31,251 nt of DNA from an uncultured Solirubrobacteraceae bacterium (GTDB lineage Bacteria; Acidobacteriota; Terriglobia; Bryobacterales; Bryobacteraceae), in contig CBAAAA010000001.1 in NCBI GenBank assembly GCA_964658695.1, forward strand, positions 6,269-37,519, given 5' to 3'. Below the pieces are notes generated by a model. It was not told where the DNA came from. It saw nothing but the letters and a program-made list of their open reading frames with translations, and made no database searches. The position numbers and the translations under genes were made by a program. Positions 1 through 9,200 of this stretch are shown in pieces; within the stretch, counting starts at the first letter, position 1; every line of letters begins with the position of its first letter.

Positions 1-705
1 TGCCTGCTCGCGGCTCTGGCTGCTCTGTCGCTCTTGTATATGTTTCGACTGCGGCGTCTGTCGACGCAGATGCAAGGCAGGTTTGACGAACGGTTAGCGG
101 AGAGAATGCGCATCGCTCGAGAGCTGCATGATACTTTGCTGCAGAACATGACCGGACTCTCGCTTCAGATTGCCGGGTTATCTAAGGTCGTGGCCACTCC
201 AGAAGTGGCCAGAGAGCGGCTGCAAGGTTTGAGACAGCAAGCCGAAGACTGCCTGCGTGAAGCCCGGCAGTCCGTTTGGGATATACGAGAGGCAGAGATC
301 ATCGATGTCGGCGCCGCCCTGCGCGAATCTGGTGAGCGCTTCACTGCCGGGAAATCGACAAAGTTTTCCTTCCTTGTTGAGGGTGCCTCCGTACCGATAG
401 AGGCGACGGCGCGGCAGCAACTTCTACGGATCGGCCGAGAGGCCATCGGCAATGCGGTGCACCATGCTCAGGCGACCCGGATTGACGCGCTGTTAAGCTT
501 TCAACCTGGTTTTATTATGTTGCGAATTTCTGACGACGGCTGCGGCTTCGATCCCGACCGGGCCGGTAGCCTGCCTGGGCACTTCGGCATGGTAACCATG
601 CGGGAGCGCGCAGAGCAGCTGCATGGTTCAATAACGATATCCAGTAAGGTCGGGCAAGGTACGTGTATACAAGTCTCTGTTCCAAGTTCCAGAGATCTGG
701 GATGA
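1..705 (+). CDS. Sensor histidine kinase, NarX/UhpB (HisKA_3) type; C-terminal fragment, 5' end outside window
   Basis: Frame is open from base 1 (CLLAALAALSLLY, a TM helix). H-box ERMRIARELHDTLLQ, N-box EAIGNAVHHA, G-boxes DDGCGF and GHFGMVTMRER..GTCI. Stop TGA 703-705. Confidence 0.9.
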   Translation, partial: CLLAALAALSLLYMFRLRRLSTQMQGRFDERLAERMRIARELHDTLLQNMTGLSLQIAGLSKVVATPEVARERLQGLRQQAEDCLREARQSVWDIREAEIIDVGAALRESGERFTAGKSTKFSFLVEGASVPIEATARQQLLRIGREAIGNAVHHAQATRIDALLSFQPGFIMLRISDDGCGFDPDRAGSLPGHFGMVTMRERAEQLHGSITISSKVGQGTCIQVSVPSSRDLG

Positions 706-1482
706 CTAAGCGTGACGAGGCCAGCGAGCCGGGCGCTTCTGGATGAACGCCGTCATGCCTTCCTGAGCCTCTGGTTGCTGAGCGTTGGCGCTCATCGCTT
801 GACTGGCAAGAACATAGGCGTCAGCCTGGTCGAGTTCGGCCTGCTTATAGAAAGCATTTTTCCCAATGCCTACGACCACCGGGCTCGATTCGGCAATGCG
901 TGCCGCGAGCGACCGGGTAGCCGAGCGTAGACTTGCCGCCGGTACCACCCGGTTCACCAATCCCCAGTCAGCGGCCATATGTGCGCTGATCGTCTCTCCA
1001 GTGAGGAGCATCTCCATGGCGCGTTTTCGGCCAATCGAGCGGGTTAGCGCCACCATCGGCGTTGAACAGAACAGCCCGATCCGGACTCCCGGAGTTGCAA
1101 AGGAGGCCTCTTCAGACGCAATGGCCAGATCGCACGTAGCGACAAGCTGGCAGCCGGTAGCGGTAGCCAATCCCTGCACTTCGGCGATCACCGGCTGCCG
1201 CATCGATTGAATCTTCGTCATCAGGTGAGTGCAAGCGCAGAAGATCCGCTTGTAATCTGACGGACACCGCTCCAGCATTTCATTCAGATCGTGTCCTGCG
1301 GAAAACACCGGGCCCTGGGAGGCCAGAATGACCACCTGAACGGAACGGTTGAGTTCCAGAGTGTGGAGAGACTCGTGCAGCTCGAGCATCAGATCAAGCG
1401 AAAGCGCATTGCGTCGTTCTGGGCGGTTCAGAGTAACGGTAGCGATTCCATTTTCAACGTCCGAAAACAATCCTGGTTTCAT
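706..1482 (-). CDS. Enoyl-CoA hydratase/isomerase (crotonase) family protein
   Basis: Motifs TLNRPERRNAL, FSAGHDL, QPVIAEVQGLATATGCQL, FATPGVRIG, EMLLTGE, EAQEGMTAFIQKR. ATG 1482 is preceded by GAGG; GTG 1488 is an alternative start. Stop abuts the kinase stop with no gap. Confidence 0.9.
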   Translation of the reverse strand: MKPGLFSDVENGIATVTLNRPERRNALSLDLMLELHESLHTLELNRSVQVVILASQGPVFSAGHDLNEMLERCPSDYKRIFCACTHLMTKIQSMRQPVIAEVQGLATATGCQLVATCDLAIASEEASFATPGVRIGLFCSTPMVALTRSIGRKRAMEMLLTGETISAHMAADWGLVNRVVPAASLRSATRSLAARIAESSPVVVGIGKNAFYKQAELDQADAYVLASQAMSANAQQPEAQEGMTAFIQKRPARWPRHA

Positions 1483-1556
1483 AGACACCTCAGATCTATT
1501 GTGCGTTATAACTGGGCGGCTGGAGTCCGGAAGGTTCTGGCCGACGGGTTTTGATT

Positions 1557-1616
1557 GAAGAAAAACGATTGAAACAGGTGGTCCGGCTTTATCGACCGCA
1601 AGCCGGACCTCCTGTT
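1557..1616 (-). terminator. Strong hairpin after secE, probable intrinsic terminator
   Basis: Arms aacagg-t-ggtccggctt (1573-1589) and aagccggacc-t-cctgtt (1600-1616): 16 bp with one mismatch and a 10-nt loop. Followed on the minus strand by UCAAUCGUUUUUCUU. Confidence 0.65.
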
Positions 1617-1626
1617 CCCGCAGGAA

Positions 1627-1881
1627 CTATCTGCCACCAACAAGCCGGTAAAAGAACACTGTTATGGCGTCCACGACGCGTATATAAACTGCCATGGAAA
1701 GAGCGAAAAAGAGAACAACGAAGGTGGTCTCGCGGATTTGATTCCAAGTCGGCCAAGCTACTTGTTTCATCTCCAACCGGACTTCTTTGAGGTATCGCTG
1801 AACTCTTCCGCCATCGCTGGCAGCGTCCTTCGCTTGCTCAATGGACGCAGATGTTTCAGCGGACGTTTTGTCCTCTGACAT
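1627..1881 (-). CDS. secE: Preprotein translocase subunit SecE (single-TM type), outside the canonical tRNA-Trp/nusG/rplK locus
   Basis: RYLKEVRLEMKQVAWPTWNQIRETTFVVLFFALSMAVYIRVVD matches the SecE signature E-x-K/R-x-V-x-W-P followed by a TM helix. SD GAAAGG (1891-1896) lies 9 nt before ATG 1881; TTG 1887 is the track's start. Confidence 0.85.
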   Translation of the reverse strand: MSEDKTSAETSASIEQAKDAASDGGRVQRYLKEVRLEMKQVAWPTWNQIRETTFVVLFFALSMAVYIRVVDAITVFFYRLVGGR

Positions 1882-1975
1882 ATCCAACGACCTTTCAAGC
1901 TTTATGTTTCAGTTCGAAAAGGTTCCACCCGGGCATGAGCAAGGTGCAAGCTTTTCGTTAACGGAATTGAAATGT

Positions 1976-2218
1976 TTAGGCCGGAGGTGCTCTATCGGGG
2001 GCGGCGGGAAAATAGGGTCCAGGAGCGGAACTTGCGCATCGATCGGGCGCCTGCTTTAGTCGAGCGCAAGCGATCAAGGGCGCAGACAACATCAGGAAGA
2101 CCGGAACGAGCAGGTCCACGGATGAGTCGTACGTAGTGAGGCAGCAGACCCCGAGTATCAGGATCAGGACCAGCAGCAGCAAGATGAACGATTTTCGTCT
2201 TGCGCGGTAGTGGCTCAT
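1976..2218 (-). CDS. 80-aa membrane peptide ending in RAPPA; candidate translation-arrest (monitoring) leader peptide for secE
   Basis: Basic N-region RARRK, hydrophobic FILLLLVLILILGV, second hydrophobic stretch LLVPVFLMLSAPLIA, Pro-rich linker, codons GAT AGA GCA CCT CCG GCC TAA (DRAPPA*). Ends 94 nt upstream of the secE ATG. Confidence 0.7.
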   Translation of the reverse strand: MSHYRARRKSFILLLLVLILILGVCCLTTYDSSVDLLVPVFLMLSAPLIACARLKQAPDRCASSAPGPYFPAAPDRAPPA

Positions 2219-2288
2219 GAGCAGTAGTTTACTGGATCGGTTTGAAGGGTGTTGTTGATGCCCGGTAAACTACTCGCGGACAACTTCT

Positions 2289-4844
2289 TTAAAGCCGTGG
2301 ATCGACAGGTTCGCTTTCGAGAGCCAAAACACCGAAGACACACTCGTGAACTCGGCGCAACGGCTCTTCCCGTACAAACCTTTCCAACGCTTCGAGCCCC
2401 AGAGCAAATTCGCGCAATGCGAGAGAGCGTTTCGTGCTTAAGTTGCGCTGTCGTAACCGCGTCAGGTTCTCTTCGTCTGCGTATTCAGGCCCGTATATGA
2501 TTCGAAGATATTCGCGTCCGCGGCATTTCAATGCGGGCTGCGCCAGATCCCGTCGTCCACGCTGGATGAAGTCAAGCGGCTTTATCACCATGCCTTCGCC
2601 GCCGCTGCTGGTCATTTCCTCCCACCAGTCAATGGCATCCTGCTCGCTTGCCGCATCCGCCAGGTCCACCTTCTTCCATTCAGTGGCCATTAGCAGATTG
2701 GCGTTTTGCGCGCAGAGCTTCGCGATCATTTCCATGTGCCATATATGGTTCTGATTGGAGTGAACAGCGCCCTGCGAAGCCAGCACATAGAAGGGCGCCA
2801 GACGGATATCCGCAATCGACTGAACCGGCCAGCAATAGCGACTGTAAGCTGTCACATAACGTGAAGCCGCCTCCTGCTTGTGGCGAAAGCGATCCGCGAG
2901 CGCCATTGCCTCAGGATTGAAGCTGGCTGCGGAATCGAGTGCCGCAATCACATACGGCAGAGAAGCGCGCGCCGCTGCGCCGGCCGGGGCATATTGATCA
3001 CGCAGCAATTCCTTTGATTTCACCGACCAGGGCATCAGCTCGCAATCGAGTGTCAACCAATCAGTATGCAGCTCTTCCCATAGGTTCGCTTGACTGATGG
3101 CGGCGTGAACACCCGATAGCAGCGCTCTCTCCAAAGACCCATCCCCGAAAAAGCGCCGGCCCGTGCGCGTGTAGCAGATTCCTATGCCTTCTCCGACCAT
3201 GCCAAAGCGCTTGCGAGCCGATGGTTCATCGCGACAGATACTGACGACTGCACGGGAACCCATATGCTTCCTTTCGCAGACCACGGAAGCAACGCCCTCG
3301 TTCCGGTAGTAACGAAACGCATCGTCGGGATACTCAAGATACCCTGTGCGGTGACTGGTCTCAGACGGCGACATGGTGGGCGGCAGATAGGTCAGCCATT
3401 TCGGATTCGCTGCAAAACGGCTCATCACTTCGAGAGCCGCGGCCGCGTTCTCCTCACGAATCGTCACCGCGCGATGGATCCGGGTAGTAATGATGCGCTT
3501 GCCGAGCACATCTTCAATCTCCAGCAGCTCATCTTCACGCTGCTGCGCACTTAGCGACGCGGTCTCTTCCGTCTTTGCAAAGCCCCGCAGCGGCTGATAG
3601 TAGGTGCGGAAGGCCGGAACCGAGACGAGCTCCTTTTCCGGGTAACGCAAGGCAGTCAGGCTGCCGCCGAATACACATCCGGTATCGATGTTGATGGTCC
3701 GGTTCAGCCACTCGGGCTCCGGCACTGGAGTGTGGCCGTAGACAACGGTGGCCTGTCCCCGATATCCGGCGGCCCAATTCAGTCTGACCGGCAGGCCCAG
3801 ATCATCCAGCTCGCCGGTTGTTTCTCCGTAGAGTGCAAAATCGCGAACCTTGGCCGATCCGCGTCCCTGCATTTCCTCCTTCATCCCGGCGTGCGCGACC
3901 ACCAGCTTGCCGTCATCCAGAACGTAGTGACTGACCAGGCCATCAAGAAAGACTGCAACGGCATCACGGAACTCGGCGCTTTCTTCCTGCAATTGTTCGA
4001 TCGACTCTGCAAGACCATGAGTAACCGGTCCCTCTTTGCCGCGAAGTTTCTTCACGAGTTTAAGATCGTGATTGCCCGGCACACAAAGGGCCAAGCCGGA
4101 TTGGACCATGCTCATCACCAGCTTCAAAACGGCTGGAATTTTGGGACCTCGATCGACCAGATCGCCGACAAAAACGGCTTTCCTTCCCGCCGGAGCACTC
4201 ACCTGGATCTGATCGTTCTCGATCTCAATCCGATAACCAAGGCGTTCCAGCAGCGTCACTAACTCGTCGTAACACCCATGCACATCGCCAATGAAGTCAA
4301 ACGGCCCGTGGTCGGATTTGCGATTATTCCAAAGCGGCTGACGCTCAATTTCAACTGAATCGATCTTCTCCGGGCTGTCGAGAATGTGTACATGACGGAA
4401 GCCTTCGCGCTCCAGATTGCGCAGGGATTGTTTCATCATCTGCGACTGGTTGCGGATCACGTGAGATCCAAAGTTTCGATCCGGGCGCTGGCGATTGCGG
4501 TCCGCACAAAGGTGTTCTGGAAGATTCAGAACGATGGCGACGGGAAGCACATGATATTCGCGCGCCAGATCCACTAACCGCTTGCGTCCTTCAGGCTGCA
4601 CGTTGGTGGCATCAACAACGGTCAAACGTCCGGATGCGAGCCGCCTGGCCGCGATGAAATGCAGAACCGCAAATGCGTCATTAGTTGCGGCCTGATCGTT
4701 CTCGTCATCGGACACGAGATACCGGCAGTAATCGGAGGACAGCACCTCGCTCCCTTTGAAATGCCGTCTTGCAAAGGTCGACTTACCGCTGCCCGATGGT
4801 CCGATTAGAATGACGAAGGACAATTCGGGGATCACCAACTTCAT
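2289..4844 (-). CDS. pnkp: Bacterial polynucleotide kinase-phosphatase-ligase (Pnkp), RNA repair
   Basis: P-loop GPSGSGKST and DATN (kinase). GDVHG, GDLVDRGP, GNHD, GHTP, DTGC (metallophosphoesterase). YLPPTMSP, KHMGSR, DCELMPW, GEGMVIKP, KCRGREYLRIIYG (adenylyltransferase). ATGA overlap with hen1. Confidence 0.95.
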   Translation of the reverse strand: MKLVIPELSFVILIGPSGSGKSTFARRHFKGSEVLSSDYCRYLVSDDENDQAATNDAFAVLHFIAARRLASGRLTVVDATNVQPEGRKRLVDLAREYHVLPVAIVLNLPEHLCADRNRQRPDRNFGSHVIRNQSQMMKQSLRNLEREGFRHVHILDSPEKIDSVEIERQPLWNNRKSDHGPFDFIGDVHGCYDELVTLLERLGYRIEIENDQIQVSAPAGRKAVFVGDLVDRGPKIPAVLKLVMSMVQSGLALCVPGNHDLKLVKKLRGKEGPVTHGLAESIEQLQEESAEFRDAVAVFLDGLVSHYVLDDGKLVVAHAGMKEEMQGRGSAKVRDFALYGETTGELDDLGLPVRLNWAAGYRGQATVVYGHTPVPEPEWLNRTINIDTGCVFGGSLTALRYPEKELVSVPAFRTYYQPLRGFAKTEETASLSAQQREDELLEIEDVLGKRIITTRIHRAVTIREENAAAALEVMSRFAANPKWLTYLPPTMSPSETSHRTGYLEYPDDAFRYYRNEGVASVVCERKHMGSRAVVSICRDEPSARKRFGMVGEGIGICYTRTGRRFFGDGSLERALLSGVHAAISQANLWEELHTDWLTLDCELMPWSVKSKELLRDQYAPAGAAARASLPYVIAALDSAASFNPEAMALADRFRHKQEAASRYVTAYSRYCWPVQSIADIRLAPFYVLASQGAVHSNQNHIWHMEMIAKLCAQNANLLMATEWKKVDLADAASEQDAIDWWEEMTSSGGEGMVIKPLDFIQRGRRDLAQPALKCRGREYLRIIYGPEYADEENLTRLRQRNLSTKRSLALREFALGLEALERFVREEPLRRVHECVFGVLALESEPVDPRL

Positions 4845-6223
4845 CGTTCAAAAACTCCCATCTGCGTAGGAGGGCCCACCATCGGGTCCTCGACGCCCAC
4901 AGGCAGGAAACGGACGTGATAGTCGAACCTCTCTCCAATACCGTTGGCCCAAGTCTGAAACTCTGACCTGGTCCATTCGAAACGATGATCGCGATGCCGC
5001 AAACGTCCTGCCGGCAGGGATTCGAAACAGTCGTTGTACTCGGCGTTCGGCGTAGTGATGATTACTGCACCTGGACGCGCATGTTTGAAAAGCACCTGTT
5101 CAAACGCAGCCAGTCGTGCGGGGTCCAGATGTTCAATCACCTCAATGACAGCCGCGGCATCGAATCCATTCAGACGCGCATCGCGGTAGAGAAGCGACCC
5201 ATGAATCAACTGAATGCGACTCCTCGCGGCCGGCGCCATTTGATCCAGGTGTAAGCCTTTAGACGCCTTCTCGAGCACGCGCCAGGAAACATCCATTCCA
5301 ACAATTCGTTCGAAGGCACGATCCTGCAAGAGCGGCCGCAACAACTTCCCTTCACCGCACCCAACATCCAGGACGCTCTTCGCCGTAATCGACTTCAAGA
5401 CAGAGAGAACAGTCCCGATGCGCTGCTCCCACAATTTCAGCGGCTCCTCGACTGCGATTTCTTCTTCCGGGGGGGATGCGTCGCTCTCTGCCGTGTCTTC
5501 TTCTGAGAGCCGCGAAAGAGCGCTGCTGGTCAGCTTGCGATCGTGGCGCAGGTATCGCGCGGTGATGCTGTCCCGTTCGGGGTGATTGGCCAGCCAGCCC
5601 TCGCCCTTTCGCAGCAGTTTCTCCACTTCATCCTCACCGACCCAGTAATGCTTCTCCGCATCCAACACCGGCACGAGGACATAGAGATGTGTCAACAAAT
5701 CCTGAAGGCGACAACGGTTCTTCAGACGAATGGTGCGGTGTGGTCCAATGCCCCACTCAGGAAAGTTCTCATCGAGCAGATAGCCGGTGGACTGCAGATC
5801 ATAGCCGAGGGGGTGAAAGAGCCGGTCCAAGTAGTCTGGTTCCGCTCTGCAAGGTACGGCGGTCACCACAGCTTCGAAATCCAGCACCTGATCCGCTAGC
5901 GCCTGCCTTTCCTTGCTGCGGCCGTTCATAGCCGTGCCAAATACATTCGAAAGCGCAACGCTGAGAAACGAAGAAGCCGCATAGGGCCGGTCATTCACGT
6001 ATTGCCGCAGTGATTCGTTCACTGCCTGCGAGCGTCCACGAACCAGTCCCACCGGATCCACATCAAGCAGCAGCGCCGCTTGTGATCGTTCCACACTCTG
6101 TTCAGGGTAGAAGACATGCGCTTTTCCGAACGGCAAGTCGAAATCGTGAATTCGCGCCGGGTTCTTGTGGAGCAGATATCCAAGGTCGGAGGTCGAGATG
6201 TCCGCGGCGATGGTGAGCAGCAC
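4841..6223 (-). CDS. hen1: 3'-terminal RNA ribose 2'-O-methyltransferase Hen1
   Basis: N-terminal MLLTI..DLGYLLHK.P..HVFYPE, YVNDRPYAASSFLSVAL, KHYWVGEDEVEKLL. MTase motifs VLDVGCGEG, EVIEHL, TTPNAEYN, RHRDHRFEWTR. GTG start. Confidence 0.95.
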   Translation of the reverse strand: MLLTIAADISTSDLGYLLHKNPARIHDFDLPFGKAHVFYPEQSVERSQAALLLDVDPVGLVRGRSQAVNESLRQYVNDRPYAASSFLSVALSNVFGTAMNGRSKERQALADQVLDFEAVVTAVPCRAEPDYLDRLFHPLGYDLQSTGYLLDENFPEWGIGPHRTIRLKNRCRLQDLLTHLYVLVPVLDAEKHYWVGEDEVEKLLRKGEGWLANHPERDSITARYLRHDRKLTSSALSRLSEEDTAESDASPPEEEIAVEEPLKLWEQRIGTVLSVLKSITAKSVLDVGCGEGKLLRPLLQDRAFERIVGMDVSWRVLEKASKGLHLDQMAPAARSRIQLIHGSLLYRDARLNGFDAAAVIEVIEHLDPARLAAFEQVLFKHARPGAVIITTPNAEYNDCFESLPAGRLRHRDHRFEWTRSEFQTWANGIGERFDYHVRFLPVGVEDPMVGPPTQMGVFER

Positions 6224-6234
6224 TTCCCGAGTAT

Positions 6235-6262
6235 AAAAAAGGCCTGCCCCGAAGGACAGGCC
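6235..6262 (-). terminator. Rho-independent terminator of the TonB-dependent transporter gene
   Basis: Minus strand GGCCUGUCC UUCG GGGCAGGCC UUUUUU: 9-bp stem with one G-U pair, UUCG tetraloop and U6 tract, 28 nt after the transporter stop. Confidence 0.85.
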
Positions 6263-6290
6263 GGTACGAACGGAAGTTGCAGGAGCTTCC

Positions 6291-9200
6291 TCAGAAGAGG
6301 AACTTCACCGCCAGTTGAACCTGCCTTGGCGAAACCGCCGTTGAACTGATCACACCAAATGTGGTGTCGTTGATATTTGTGTCCGGGGCAGAGAACTGCG
6401 GATGGTTCAGCGCGTTGAAGGCCTCCAGCCGGAACTGAACGTTGTATCGGTTTTCGGCGCCAAAATAGTTGTTCTTGAACAGCGACAGATCAGCTGAAGC
6501 GACTCCGGGGTTTCTCACATCCGGCAAGGTGCGGCTGGTGTTTCCAATCGTGAATGCAGGCGGGTTTGAGAAGACTGACGTGTTGAACCACCGATAGATG
6601 TTCGGGTTGCTGATTGCAGCCGACGTGCCGTTATTGTCCGGCGGTTCCGGATATACCGTCTTTAGGCCAGTGTTCACGTTGGCCGAACCGAGCACGATCG
6701 GCGTACCGCTCTGAAACGTGATAATGCCATTCACTTCCCAGCCCGAAACCATCAGGTTTGCGAACCGCGGCGCATTGTTGGCGAAGGCCTTTCCTTTTCC
6801 GAACGGAAGCTCGTACAGGAAGTTGCCGACCACGCTATGCGAGATGTCCTGCGGAGAGACTGCCCACTCCAGGCCCCGATTGTACTGATCCGCATAAGTT
6901 CCGCTGTTGGGGCCGAGATAGGTAACAGCCGCGGCTGAGTTATCCATCAGCTTGGCCCCGGTGAACGAAAGCAGGAAGGTGAGGCCGTTTGAGAACTTCT
7001 TGTCGAGGCGAAGCGTGAATGCATTGTAGAACGAAGCGGCATCGGGCTTGCGGAATGCCGCGACGCTAGTGTACTGCGGGTAAGGCGAGAGCAGCTGATT
7101 GTAAGAAACAGTCTTTGCGCTCAAGGGCGATGTAGGGTCAGTGATCACGCCATAGAACGGGTTGTTGACCTGCTGCAGCAGTTGATTACCGAGCGATGCA
7201 TAGCTGGTAGGCAGCTGGCTGTATGGCACACCGGGGTCGCCATTTACCAGGAAAAGGCTCTTATTTCCCAGGTAGCCGACTTCCAGCGTAATGTTGCCTG
7301 GAAGAACTCGCTGGATGTTGAAGTTCCACTGCATGGTGTACGGGTTCCGATAAGAATCGAAGAACGAATCGCCGATTGCCTGACCGAGATAAGTCGATGC
7401 GCCGAGACGCGAGCCGGTAGGGAGATTGAATCCGCCGGGGAACGGATTGTTGAGCGTCGCGTTGATCGTCTGGTAGTTGGTGAGGGTTGAGTTCACGCTG
7501 GTGCTGGAAGAGAAGCCCTGCGTACCCGCGGCTCCGGACGTGCCGGCCGCTTCCAGTGCCGACGGCAAATAGGCAATGCCGAAGCCGGATCGGATCACCG
7601 TCTTGTCCAGCGCGTTCCAGGCGAACCCGACGCGCGGACCGAAATCTTTCCATTGCGTGGGAGCCTGGCTCCTGCCGTACTGTGCGGCGGAAGTTCCGAC
7701 GAAGACCATCTGGCCTTTCAGATCGCCGCAGGCCGGACAAGCGCTGGACGGCACTAGTCCTTGCAGCGGAGACGGCAGGTTCGGATCCCAATAGGAGAGG
7801 CGGTTATAGCGCTCGGTGCGCGGAATTTCGACGTCCCATCGAAGTCCAAGATTCAGCGTCAGCTTGCGCGTTATCTTCCAGTCGTCCTGGATATAGTAAC
7901 CCATGTAAGCACTGGATGACGCGGCGGTGGGATCGTGCGTGATCTGGCCGCTGGTCGGCAGTCCCAGCAGGAGCGACGCAATCGAGTTTCCGGTGTTGTT
8001 GCCGCTATTGAGATACTGCTGCGTCCAGGTGTTATCAAAGCTGAACTGGCCGTCCGGCTCCCCGAACTGCGTGAAGTTGATATAGAGCTTGCGAAATTCG
8101 CCGCCAAATTTGATGGTCTGCCCGCCAACAATCTTCGTCAGGTTCGCAGCCACGTCATGCGCGAAGGGATTTTCAATCAGATACACATAGCCATTCGCAC
8201 CAAGGCCGCTGGTGCTCGATACATCAAAACGCGGAAACTGCAGATCCTCCCCTTGCGCTATCTGCGAGATGGAGGAAGGAAGGCCGAGCGTTGTCGGATC
8301 AAAGCCGGCGCCAAACGGAGTTCGGGTTACGTAAGAGCGGCTCATGCCGTAGCGGAAGTCGCCGATCAAAGTCGGCGTAAACGTGTAAGTGTGATCGAGT
8401 GACACGCTCCACGAACCACCGATAGATGGACCGCCATAACCTGTAGTGGCTGCGTTGCCGTAATCCTGCACTGGCGTGTTGTTATTCCAATCATGTGAGA
8501 AGCGGGCGAATGAATGCCACTTGTCGCTGAAGTTGTGATCCAGGCGGGTGTCCCAATGATCGTCATTGTTAGTGGTTGTGCCGGCTATCGAATAGTTGTT
8601 GGTGAGCGCAGCGGCACCGCCGGTGTTAGGAAGCGGAAAGAAGTTAATCGCCTTCACAGCTACAGGGTTGAGGAACTGCGGAAGGATCTTGTTGCCTGGA
8701 AATGGATTGCGAACCCAGGTTCCGCTGGCGTCCTGATGCGCGGTGGTTGGATCGTAGATGGTAGCGATGCCAGCGGCCGAGAAATCTCCGCCGCGTTCTG
8801 CCACGGTCGGAACGGTTTCGGTGACCGCCGACAGATCTTTTTCTTTGGTATCTTCGAATGCGAAGAAGAAGAAGGTGCGGTTTTTGCCGTTGTACAGTTT
8901 TGGAATTTCGATCGGTCCGCCCAGCGTGCCGCCGCTCTGATAGCGATGCATGTCGGGCTTGGCCTGGCCAGCACGATTAGCGAAAAAGTCGTTTGCGTCG
9001 AGGACGCCATTTCGCGCGAAGAAGAAACCGCTGCCGTGCAGATTGTTAGTGCCCGATTTGGTGACCAGGTTGATCACTCCACCGCCAAAGCGTCCATATT
9101 CGGCGGACAGCGCATTGGTCTGTACGCTGAACTCCTGTACCGAATCGACGATTGGTGTATAGGCGCCGGTAGTGTTACCGACATTGTTCTCCGGAAGGAT

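Noticed and set aside
703-708. Back-to-back stop codons of the kinase and crotonase with no spacer
   Set aside because: Common for convergent genes in compact genomes; no further signal seen.
1888-1975. Possible tRNA-Trp upstream of secE, as in the canonical locus
   Set aside because: No cloverleaf, T-loop GTTCGA in a proper stem context, or acceptor stem could be built on either strand.
2289-6223. hen1-pnkp as part of a defence island or mobile element
   Set aside because: No integrase, transposase, toxin, att site or obvious compositional break is visible around it.
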